A stretch of 58,869 nucleotides of DNA, the filler included, from Catajapyx aquilonaris (taxonomy: Eukaryota): assembly GCA_000934665.2 (NCBI GenBank). It is 2 parts of 2 records of this genome, joined end to end, with 100 filler letters (N's around TTAATTAATTAA, not from the genome) between each part and the next. Parts side by side here need not be neighbours in the genome. Positions count along the whole stretch, not along the records: positions 1 to 29,344 come from JYFJ02004811.1; positions 29,445 to 58,869 come from JYFJ02004812.1. One strand, 5' to 3'. The notes beneath the pieces are model-generated. The model did no database searches and was not told the origin of the DNA. It saw nothing but the letters and a program-made list of their open reading frames with translations. Below are positions 23,422-33,283 of this stretch, in pieces; positions within the stretch are counted from its first letter, which is position 1; each line of letters opens with the position of its first letter. The translations under genes were made by a program, and so were the position numbers.

Positions 23422-23619
23422 CATGCCCAATAAGACATCCTCCTGAAGCTCGTACTCCAGAATCATTCCTTCGGATGGAAGGTCCGAAGTCGGGAAGGAT
23501 GGCGCCGACACTTCCATCATACCCGCACAAGTTATGTTGGGGATGGACAGGGACGATGAGCTCAAAAGTACGCCATGACTTTCCTCCCGGAGAAAGCAGT
23601 TGTCTTCATCGGACGACAT
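23422..23619 (-). CDS. C2H2 zinc-finger protein, candidate first coding exon (acidic/Ser-rich)
   Basis: ATG at 23619; ATG|gtaag donor (phase 0) joins the 22213 acceptor to give a 355-aa product. Confidence 0.6.
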
Positions 23620-24244
23620 CCCGACAATTTTCCAGAAAAAGCACTCAATGGGGAAGCTGTGATGCTATGTGGTGACAAACAATGACACAATAGTATACTA
23701 TTGGGTGAGTAAAATAAGCATGCGAACTGGGTATGACACTATTAATAAACTGAAAAAAAAATGACACAAAGACATTCCTGGACGTCCTCGAAATTCCCCA
23801 CCCCCCACCCCCTACCCTCCACAGGGATTCCTTTCCCATGGGCATGTTAATGGATCTCACAATTATAGTTTACTTATCAACTTATCAACCAAGTGCGCGT
23901 CATCTTTCATATCTCCCAATCCCTTCTACACACCCATACCACCACTGTACCAAAGTGCAATGAGAATTTGACGCTGGTGTCAGGTTTACCGCGAACTGTT
24001 TGGCACTGTGCCCGTATCAGTCTAATGAACTTGCATTGGCGTAAAATTCTGGCCTGCAAAAATGACATATGCTGCCTTACCTTCGGGCGCCGACACTTTT
24101 CCCTGCAGATCTTAGGTCACAGATGACAGACCAGGTCACAGATGGGCTGAGACTTTGGGCGCAGGAGAGGTGGCTAGGAGTTGGATGGGAATGGTGTGAA
24201 GGGGACAGGTTGATGGAGGTGCACTGAGGTAACACGTGGTGCGG

Positions 24245-24452
24245 AGGCTCAGGGGGCAATGTGATAAGAGACACAAGAAAGGAAGGCTTTGTATGGTTGG
24301 TGGCTGGCTGAAAGGGTGAGGGAGGAAGGTGGTGGGGGAGGAGATGGAGTTGGGGTGGGGAAGTCACCACTTCGCAGGGTAACTTTGATTTTGATTCGCT
24401 TTTGCCTATTCTGATTACGTGAGTAATTGTGGTCCATGTCATGCAACCTGTC
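24245..24452 (-). repeat. Old dispersed duplication (paralog at 17740-17972)
   Basis: Same colinear blocks as 17740-17972; translates to RLHDMDHNYSRNQNRQKRIKI versus RWHNMDQAHSY...NRKRQKRMKM. Confidence 0.7.
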
Positions 24453-24692
24453 CTTGATGGGACGTGGACGGCAACTTATATTAAAGGACCTTCGTAAATC
24501 GTTATTGACTCTATAATATTATTAAATAATTAAAATTCAATTTAATTTCATAACTATGATTGAACCATCTAACTCAAGGCAGATCCAACCAACTATAGTA
24601 AAATTCAGCATGACACCTTTTCTACATCGATCTGTATCTGTGAGTGAAAAATGCAATAAAAGTTATGAAAAAGGTCTTGGGAAAAATGGTTA

Positions 24693-25059
24693 AAATTAAA
24701 CTATTTTACCCCGTGATAGGCCTACTTAGACCTTTTTGGGGGGTGGTACACCACCATCAATTTTCTTGTACTTTTTCTTCATCTCTGGTGCAAGGAAACA
24801 GGACAATGGGTGTGAAGATAGGGATTTTCGGGGAGCGGACACGGGTGCAAGTGTCTCAAGGTTGGGCCATGTGCAGTCCCCCAGGAGGTTAGGTTGCCAG
24901 ACACCTCCACAGGTGTAGGTCAGAGACCCTCCCGACGCAGGTGAAAGGGAACTCCCGGGAGTTCCCTTTCACCTGCGTCGGGAGGCAGGCGGAGATCGAA
25001 CCTGGGACCTTTCACTCAGCAAGCTGAGACATTACCATCTCGGCTACCACACCTTCCCT
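24693..25059 (-). mobile_element. tRNA-derived SINE, family A, full length, with an internal inverted duplication
   Basis: Aligns with 5568-5936; TSD GGAAAAAT(G/T)GTTA at 24680-24692 and 25060-25072; perfect 58-bp palindrome at 24928-24985. Confidence 0.9.
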
Positions 25060-25085
25060 GGAAAAATTGTTATCCATTTGCAAAA

Positions 25086-26874
25086 GAGTCATTCCATGCG
25101 AAATGGGCCAGGGTGGTTGCTCGACCATCTAGTTAATTTTTTATATTTTCACCATAGGTGGCCTTGATATTGACTTGCTCAAAACTATTTTTGTTAATTT
25201 TTTTATCTGCCACCATGTTGGATTTACACCCATTTTTCTTCACCGCGGCGAGCAAAAACGAGCGCTTGCAAGGGTTCTGAAAAAAGGCTACTGTTTGGTG
25301 TCTATTCAAGATAGGGTGTTCTGGTTTTCACTTTCCGAAAGTAGAGGTCTTGGCCTTTCAGAATATGTACATACATGTAGGATAGAACTTTGGAAACTGG
25401 GACTGTAATGGTCTTACATATAGCCTCCGAAATGATAAATTTTTCCATTTTCAAATGCCTGTAAAATCAAAGAGGCTTGAAACAACAGGATGTAATTTTT
25501 TTTCAAGAACTCCGACTGGGAGGAGATCCAGCCATAGTGAAATAAATCCGGGGTTGTAAGCCCTTCCGGCCGATTTTTAGGTTCGAAGTTGGGAAAATTC
25601 CGAAAATTCCGAAAATTTGCGAATTTCAAAGTCAAATATCTCAGAAGGTGGTATTTTTAAAAATTTGAAATTTTGGCCATGGATGCTCCTACCAGTACTC
25701 AGTAAAACCACATGAATTTCATTTTGGACTTTTCATCGATGTTCAAGTTACAGGGTGTCAAATATCTCTAAAAACGACAATGTGAAAACACGTCTATCTT
25801 AGGCTTAAAATGGTCTCATTTCCGTTATTTTATAATCTAATGATTTTATAATGGTAAATATAATTTAACAGCCTAGTAGCACAACTTTTATTACAATTGT
25901 TTCTCATAGAAACAATCTATACTATAAATAGGTACTATAAATTAGGCTATTTTCATTTACTAGTTTATATATAATATAAACTAGTAAATGAAAATAGCCT
26001 AATTTATAGTACCTCATCTGAAAAATATTTAATGGGATAGGCTCATATAATATGAGAAACAATTGTAATAAAAGTTGTGCTACTAGGCTGTTAAATTATA
26101 TTTACCATTATAAAATCATTAGATTATAAAATAACGGAAATGAGACCATTTTAAGCCTAAGATAGACGTGTTTTCACATTGTCGTTTTTAGAGATATTTG
26201 ACACCCTGTAGCTTGAACATCGATGAAAAGTCCAAAATGAAATTCACGTGGTTTTACTGAGTACTGGTAGGAGCATCCATGGCCAAAATTTCAAATTTTT
26301 AAAAATACCACCTTCTGAGATATTTGACTTTGAAATTCGCAAATTTTCGGAATTTTCGGAATTTTCCCAACTTCGAACCTAAAAATCGGCCGGAAGGGCT
26401 TACAACCCCGGATTTATTTCACTATGGCTGGATCTCCTCCCAGTCGGAGTTCTTGAAAAAAAAATTACATCCTGTTGTTTCAAGCCTCCTTGATTTTACA
26501 GGCATTTGAAAATGGCAAAATTTATCATTTCGGAGGCTATATGTAAGGCCATTACAGTCCCAGTTTCCAAAGTTCTATCCTACATGTATGTACATATTCT
26601 GAAAGGCCAAGACCTCTACTTTCGGAAAGTGAAAACCAGAACACCCTATCTTGAATAGACACCAAACAGTAGCCTTTTTTCAGAACCATTGCAAGCGCTC
26701 GTTTTTGCTCGCCGCGGTGAAGAAAAATGGGTGTAAATCCAACATGGTGGCAGATAAAAAATTAACAAAAATAGTTTTGAGCAAGTCAATATCAAGGCCA
26801 CCTATGGTGAAAATATAAAAAAATTAACTAGATGGTCGAGCAACCACCCTGGCCCATTTCACATGGAATGACTC
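25086..26874. mobile_element. Non-autonomous foldback DNA transposon, Sola-like, about 820-bp TIRs
   Basis: GAGTCATTCCATG...CATGGAATGACTC termini, 4-bp AAAA TSD, near-identical arms, no transposase ORF. GAG...CTC ends, long TIRs and 4-bp TSDs fit Sola2/Sola3. Confidence 0.85.
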
Positions 26875-27152
26875 AAAACTGAGTGTAAGTCGCTTTAGTT
26901 GCTAGATTTCAGATTCCCTGCTGTTGGCACTCAACGTGGCATTGTTTACAGGGCCATGCGTATGTATTTTCCTACTCTGTGACTGCCTGTCAGAATTAAT
27001 TGCTATAGTATTGTACTATTAGCTCTTGCTGTTACCCATGGAACAAAAATCCAACGATTTGTAAATTAAATTTTTCGAGATACCATTACAATAATTCATT
27101 GATGGTTGATGGTTGATTTTCTGACTGAAAAATCACTCTGCATTTGGTGATT

Positions 27153-27505
27153 TTTTAAAAAAATAATTGGGTAGTGCGGACCTCTTTCGAGGTATTACAC
27201 GGACCTTTATTTATTTTGCAATTTTACATACAGTTTTCGTCGCAACGCCCTGGTCCACGGGCGTATGGGGAATGGGAGCTTCCCAAGGGAGGGCGCTCTC
27301 ATGTAGCTTCTAGTCATTGCAGACCCTCTTAAACACCAGACCTTTTCTCCTGGCCCCGAGCAGAGAAGGGAGTGCAATTCTGCTCCGGCATGTTGGGTGA
27401 AAAGCGGAAAAAGACCCGGCCAAGCAGAGGTGACGGGGATGGGATTTGAACCCCGGCCTCCCGCTTGGCTGGCCAGCGGCGTAACCGCTAGACCACCATG
27501 CCTCC
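27153..27505 (-). mobile_element. tRNA-derived SINE, family C, full length
   Basis: A box TGGTCTAGCGG, B box GGTTCAAATCC; TSD CTGCATTTGGTGATT at 27138-27152 and 27506-27520; 3' hairpin ACCTC-GAAA-GAGGT. Confidence 0.85.
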
Positions 27506-27842
27506 CTGCATTTGGTGATTATTATCATAATTACAGAGTTGTCATTTCCCAAAAATTATGGTGCCGGTCTAGACTATGACTGAACATTTACTGGGAAGCT
27601 CCTGGGTATTTCAAATCCGTATGCATAATTCCGTATCCTTTTAAAATCCACATATTAAAATATTAGAAAACGTAATGAAATTTTTAAGAAATACCAACTT
27701 CGAAAATTTCACTTTTTATAGTCGAAATATTATTTACTGGTACCGTACCGATGTTTTATATGTGCTTTTTTGAAATGAGAAGGAATAGCCGTCCATATGC
27801 CTGATAATCCTGCATTAAATTTACACTACAACCTCTAAGAGT

Positions 27843-28215
27843 GCTAGCTTGTAGGCGAGTGGTTAGCGTCGCCTCTTGCGAATTATAATAATAATTCATA
27901 CCCCGTTATCAGCCATCGGCTCTTTAGGGGAGAAGTTTGTTTTGTCTGGAACACTTTGCTTTCACTTTACTGCGCTCTTTGGGATAGGATAAGGGACGGA
28001 AGGAAGCGGCTGTGGCCTATTAATTACGGAAGCAACTCCGGAATTTTCCTGGAAGGACCGTGGGAAACCACAGAAAACCACGGTCAGAGTTGCCGGCCCC
28101 GGGATTTGATCCCAGGACCTCCCGATTAGCAGTCGGACACCATATCCCCTCCTCCAAACTGCTTCGGTGCCTCTTGCGAATTATGAGGGCCAGAGTTCGG
28201 TCCCAGACAGGCGCG
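27843..28215 (+). pseudogene. tRNA-like sequence (pseudo-tRNA or SINE head) split by the family B SINE
   Basis: Empty-site reconstruction GTAGGCGAGTGGTTAGCGTCGCCTCTTGCGAATTATGAGGGCCAGAGTTCGGTCCC has A-box-like and B-box-like motifs and a CCTC/GAGG arm. Confidence 0.55.
27887..28168 (-). mobile_element. tRNA-derived SINE, family B, full length
   Basis: Homologous to 20050-20320; 16-bp TSD GCCTCTTGCGAATTAT at 27871-27886 and 28169-28184. Confidence 0.92.
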
Positions 28216-28726
28216 TTATTTTTTCCTCGTAGGCTACGTGAGACAGAAGTTGCAGATGTTCCGGAAGCACAAGATGTCGTCCGTCCGGACCACGTGAGGC
28301 AGACCGTGACCCAGAGCTAATGTTGTTGCAACGAGATTGTGGGTGTAGCGTATACAGACAGTCTAGCCATAGTTGTACCAAAAGCTGTTGTATCGATACT
28401 ATTAAATAAATTTCTTGACCTAAAAGTTTGGGAACCGATGGCCAATACAATAACCATTGACGTGTTCTTCGGCTATTTTTTAAAAACTGCTGTTAATAAT
28501 GGCTCCATTTAGGTACACCACCCAGAGGCCGTACTATGTCACAGTATGTTTTGAAAATTCATTTTAGAAAAAAAATACCACAAAATAGCATTCATTTCAT
28601 TAGGGTTATAGTGTCATTTGATAAATTAATTTTCTTGAGTGTATTGTGTTGTATATTTTCTACTCCATTTTACATACTTCAACTCATCATAAAATGTTTG
28701 ATTTGGGGTTTTTTCCCCATTCTTAA

Positions 28727-29344
28727 AGGGACACTCCACTCAAAATACAAGTTGGATTCTAAAAATCGGGCAGAAAATCCTGATTCCGAGGGTATAAGCA
28801 GTTTTCCTGAGAGACGAACGGTAAGGCCAGGACAAGCAGTCAAAGTTCGGAAATTTGAATCTGGCGCAAAAGAGCAGCGCCTCTTCCGGGTATGGGTAGA
28901 AACAGTCGGAAATTTGGCAGGGTCCCCTACATGGTTGCCGGCACTCATGGAGGTTACCCTGATCTTTGGAGTGGTATATTTTTCAAAGATGGCGGAATCC
29001 GACAGTCCACGTGCAGGTCCGAATCACCTTCTTGACGGTACGGCGGCTGTTGCTGAGAGCGACGTACCAGCAGGGCTTCCCAGCCCAAGTCCGCACGGCC
29101 TCCTCCCGTACCAGTTTGAGCCGTATTCAGCGCTGCTTGCCATTGGCGCATCAAATGTTCCTTTCGACACGGAAATGAAAAAAAAAAAGTTCGACGATAA
29201 CCCTCGTGGCTGACGTCATTGCTGCGGAGCCGACACACTACACAAACTGCACCATCGGTAGCACCGACATCAGGACTCCCTGCCCATCCATCCTGCCTGC
29301 TTCCAAGTACCGTACACTCCGATATGCCCATTCGAAAGGGCTGA
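28727..29344. mobile_element. Internally deleted Kolobok-like transposon (right end presumably in the gap)
   Basis: TTAA|AGGGACACT terminus; plus-strand MAESDS...PYQFEP (28989-29123) abuts a minus-strand THAP-like N-terminus CVVC...TFFFSFP...MRQWQAAL (29125-29255). Confidence 0.65.
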
Positions 29345-29444
29345 NNNNNNNNNNNNNNNNNNNNNNNNNNNNNNNNNNNNNNNNNNNNTTAATTAATTAA
29401 NNNNNNNNNNNNNNNNNNNNNNNNNNNNNNNNNNNNNNNNNNNN
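29345..29444. other. Assembly gap with artificial linker
   Basis: N44 + TTAATTAATTAA + N44 = 100 bp; the linker puts stops in all six frames. Confidence 0.97.
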
Positions 29445-31079
29445 CTACCGTAGTTCCAATGTTGAAAAAAACGACTGTCGCAATGCAAGAGTCAAATATC
29501 TCTTCCAGTTCTTATTTACAATATTACATTGCGAAGAGCCACGCCTAAAAATGTCGGCAACGATCAACAGTTACAACAATATTTCTCCCCCTGCATCGTC
29601 TCTTCTATCTTACCTCCCACCCCTGAGGCATCCAGGCTTTGCTGGCATTCGCTCTTGTTTGATGGGTTCTTATCATTCAAATGACTCCCCCCCTTCCCAC
29701 ACTCCTTTTAAATGCATCAATTAGTTAATAATTGCAGCAGCACACAATCAGCACACAAAAGCAAACATAATGCTCCCTAAGTTCAATGATATCTGATTAG
29801 ATGCAGAATGTAGCCATCAAGCTCGTATGCGCGCATTTAGTGGACACGATGGTTATTTTCCCCCCGGCATGGGCAAGTCAAAAAATGTCAAAAAAAGAAG
29901 CTTTATCGCTTACGGGGTACGCAAGGTCAGCCCAGCGACCCCCACCTGGTTCCGTAGCCAGCCAAACCCCCCAAACCCTGTTGCCGCTGACTCGGTTCTG
30001 TTATCAAGCCGTGTGGGTTGCTTAGGATAGCCAGGATAAAGCTCGTTTGCGGGGGGTATGAAACAATATGACGTATATAGTACACCAGAGTAACCAAAGT
30101 GGTTAACCCCCTGACTTACCGAAATGTAGGTAAGATACAAAATATTTAGGTCACAAATCTGCAAATTATTTCAGAAGCAATGAAGCACTAACAGGCAGTT
30201 TTTAGCACCATTCATCAGGAAACTGAGTAAATAAAACACAGGGATGAACATAAAATATTGTAACTCATTGTCCTGGATTTATGTGCGAAAAGCCAGCTAC
30301 CCCTCATAAAAACGATTTTGACTCGGAAACTTTGGAAAGGCGCCGCGCCTGAATGGCTCACCTGTGAAAAGCTCAATTAAGTTTATTAGTGAGTGGTGTC
30401 CAAAAAAAACGCCTCAACCTCAACAATGAACGTTACCTAAAAAATTAAAAGATTTCCCTTTTTAGATTCAATTTCGAGCTATTATTTCAGTGAATGTGGA
30501 ACTCATGCCGTGAGCCTATAACGTTTTTAGAATTACATGGTATAAACACAAACACTGATCCCCTCCTGATATCCATAGAAAGTTTTGAAATCAAGAATTA
30601 GACCAGTCAATTAACGTGCTTGCGAGAAAGTGGAATAAATGCTTAACAGAAATCGATGCTGCTATACTCAAGAATAAACTGTTACAATACACAATGCATA
30701 ACAACTGCCATAAAATATCCTGAACGTAGACCTACTCTGTGACGCTATTATCCGATGAGTGTGACCTGAGTCATATTTTGTCACATGCGATGGAGTTTGA
30801 GAGCTCCAATGTAGTTTATGGCCTTCTATAAACCTTACGGTCTCCCAGGCTTCCTGTTTATTACGTAAGGCTATCATTCTATTGAACCTACCTTGTGTGG
30901 TAGAGTTAGAAGGCTTGTTGTTTTCATTTCTGCCGCCAAAGTGATTATACACAATTATACAAATTGGGTGTAGTTACTACGAGTATATAGGCTTACAAAG
31001 CGGCGCGATCCTGCACGTTTTATCTTAAGAGGCAGAATTCCACTGTAGTGTTAAGTGAAGGTCATTATCCCACTCTCTT

Positions 31080-32793
31080 AGCCCCACTTTAGCACCTTTA
31101 GCACATGCATAATGAAAATCCCAATGACCATTACCAACACGTTGAAGACGAGGCTTTGAAATTGATTCATAATGCAAGTCCTTTTAGCTCCTAACTAACG
31201 GTCACTTTGTAGCTTGCAGGCTCCGCTAATATACAAGGTTCACTAATATGAAAGTGAACCAGTCAACCTTTGGCATACATGGTTTGGAACAATTTGCAAG
31301 TAATCGGAAGATGTCTCCTAGTTACCAATTGACCAAACGTGGTTCATATCCGTATGGTAAGAAAGCTATACGTTATTCCAAGAGGGACCTACAGCCATAA
31401 CGACAGGAGACACGCAGTAACTGTAACGAAGGGGGAAGTCGAAATTAAAAAGATACAATATTATCACGAAGTGTAAGCCATTATTGCATCATTTTCTTCC
31501 AACTTCCTCCCCCGCTGTCGCATGTGAACGAAATATATTTGGTTCGCTGCTACAAGTACCTTTTCAGAATTTTTTGCATATTTTTATCTGAACTTATTCG
31601 TAACCATTTCTGGGCTCACTTCATCTGAATGTCCCAACATCACACATGGTATCTTGAGGCTAATAATAATTTTCATGGATAATATTGCAAAGGTCCAGAC
31701 TCCAGACCATACAGAATCACGTCATAAATTTAAACGTATTATTAGTTTTTATTTATTATTTATTTATACCCCATTGGGAGAATCGTCGCTCCATTAGGGG
31801 TGTGGAGTAGCACCATTGGATGGGGCCAAGGATAGAGAAGGAAGGAAGCGGCTGAGGCCTATTGTACGGAAGCGACCCCGGAATTATCCTGGAGGGACCG
31901 TGGAAAACCACAGAAAACTACGGTCAGGGTCGCCGGCCCCAGGATTCGAACCAAGGACCTCCCGATTAGCAGTCAGGCTCCTTAACCACTACACCAACCT
32001 GATTCGATCAATTTAAACCTATTATACGACAATTTGGATGACTGAACCTGCAAAGTATGGACTCTCTTGGTGATGACGACATGGGTTGTCGACATGGACC
32101 GTGGATTATTCCTTTCAGAACACCACCACGTAGGTTTTGCTGAATATTTTTTCGCTCCTTCACATTCCTTGAGAAGGTTTAACAAAACAATGCAGAATCC
32201 AAGTTTGTCGACCTTTAGCTCACGCAGGCTCGCCGTGATAAATCCAGAGGCCAAAGCGAACTCACTTATCTGTCTGCTATAAATTCAAGTGACCAATAAA
32301 AAGAACCGGCTGCGATTTAGAGTCGCACGTGCCATTAGATTGAGGGGGTCTGACGCTGAACCTTAGCCTCCGTTGAACATTAATTACACGAGTTTCCTCC
32401 CGACTAGATGTAAGTTTACGGGCGAATTTTGACAACCGCACGCACATAATTCAGATAAATCGCTCATGGTCCTGGCGGTGTCTTAAAATATACGGCACAC
32501 AATTTTTATTTTCTGTCTCTTGCCTTTCTACGATAGCGCTCTTTCGTGTTTTTTCCTCTCTTCCGTACTGTTTCCATGCTTGGTTCGCGTCAAAAAATGT
32601 CAGCCGGAATTGTCTTCGCCCTTTGTGATTGCATCTGGAAAGGAAATGTATCTTCATCTGTAAGGGAATTAATCTCAGAAGTATTCGGTGCTGGTGGTAA
32701 AGCAGTCAGAATAGAGCCAGTCCCAAACGAGCTCCCTTGATGCAGTTTGGGTTTGTTGCTCACTTGCTTGCAAGCCACGTCTACGAAGTCCAA
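31080..32793 (-). pseudogene. Decayed gene with NRF1/Ewg-DNA-binding-domain-like and PHD-like motifs
   Basis: Stop-ridden frames: basic RKRGKNTKERYRRKARDRK; KYSAKPTWWCSERNNPRS; after a SINE-containing intron LLRVSCRYGCRSLLE; then LQRVGNGHWDFHYACA. Confidence 0.4.
31743..32009 (-). mobile_element. tRNA-derived SINE, family B head and body with an A-like tail
   Basis: A box TGGTGTAGTGG, B box GGTTCGAATCC; TSD AATTTAAAC(G/C)TATTAT at 31727-31742 and 32010-32025. Confidence 0.88.
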
Positions 32794-33283
32794 TGTTAAT
32801 TTTTTACGCTTTTAGAATGACATCAGGTGGAATGAAATTATGTTTAAAATATAAGCCTCTCGCTTCACTATCCCCAATTTCCGGAGACGGATTAGATGGT
32901 GCTACCTTCAAGGCTCTTTTTTTTCATATGCAGAGAAAAGAGCTCACGTCTGAAGCCGCTGGAAAGTGAATCACAGAAGAGAGGATCGAAAAAACGTCTG
33001 AACGTTTCTGTACGACAATATCTGAAAAACAAAATCTGACAAACGTATTCTGGCATTATACAACCATCGGAACTTTAACAAGGTGACGGATTTATCAAAC
33101 ACCTCAGTGGTTTAGAGTATACTGGCGTTTGTGCCAAGTCAGAATACCATTGGCTGAAACTTTTATTGACATAACGATCATCTTTTTGCATGGCAAGATA
33201 GTTGATGATTCAGCAGATTTAATAGAAATGTTAAAGTGGCATTATAGTGTTTTAGAGCCTTTATTATTATGTACGAGTGAAAT

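Noticed and set aside
24400..24450. Parvovirus-type PLA2 HDxxY motif
   Set aside because: Spacing is wrong (HDMDHNY) and the calcium-binding loop is absent.
25414..26509. Mirror-image ORFs MTLKFANFRNFRNF on opposite strands
   Set aside because: Consequence of the long TIRs; no transposase motifs.
29389..29400. TTAATTAATTAA island inside Ns
   Set aside because: Artificial scaffold linker, not biological.
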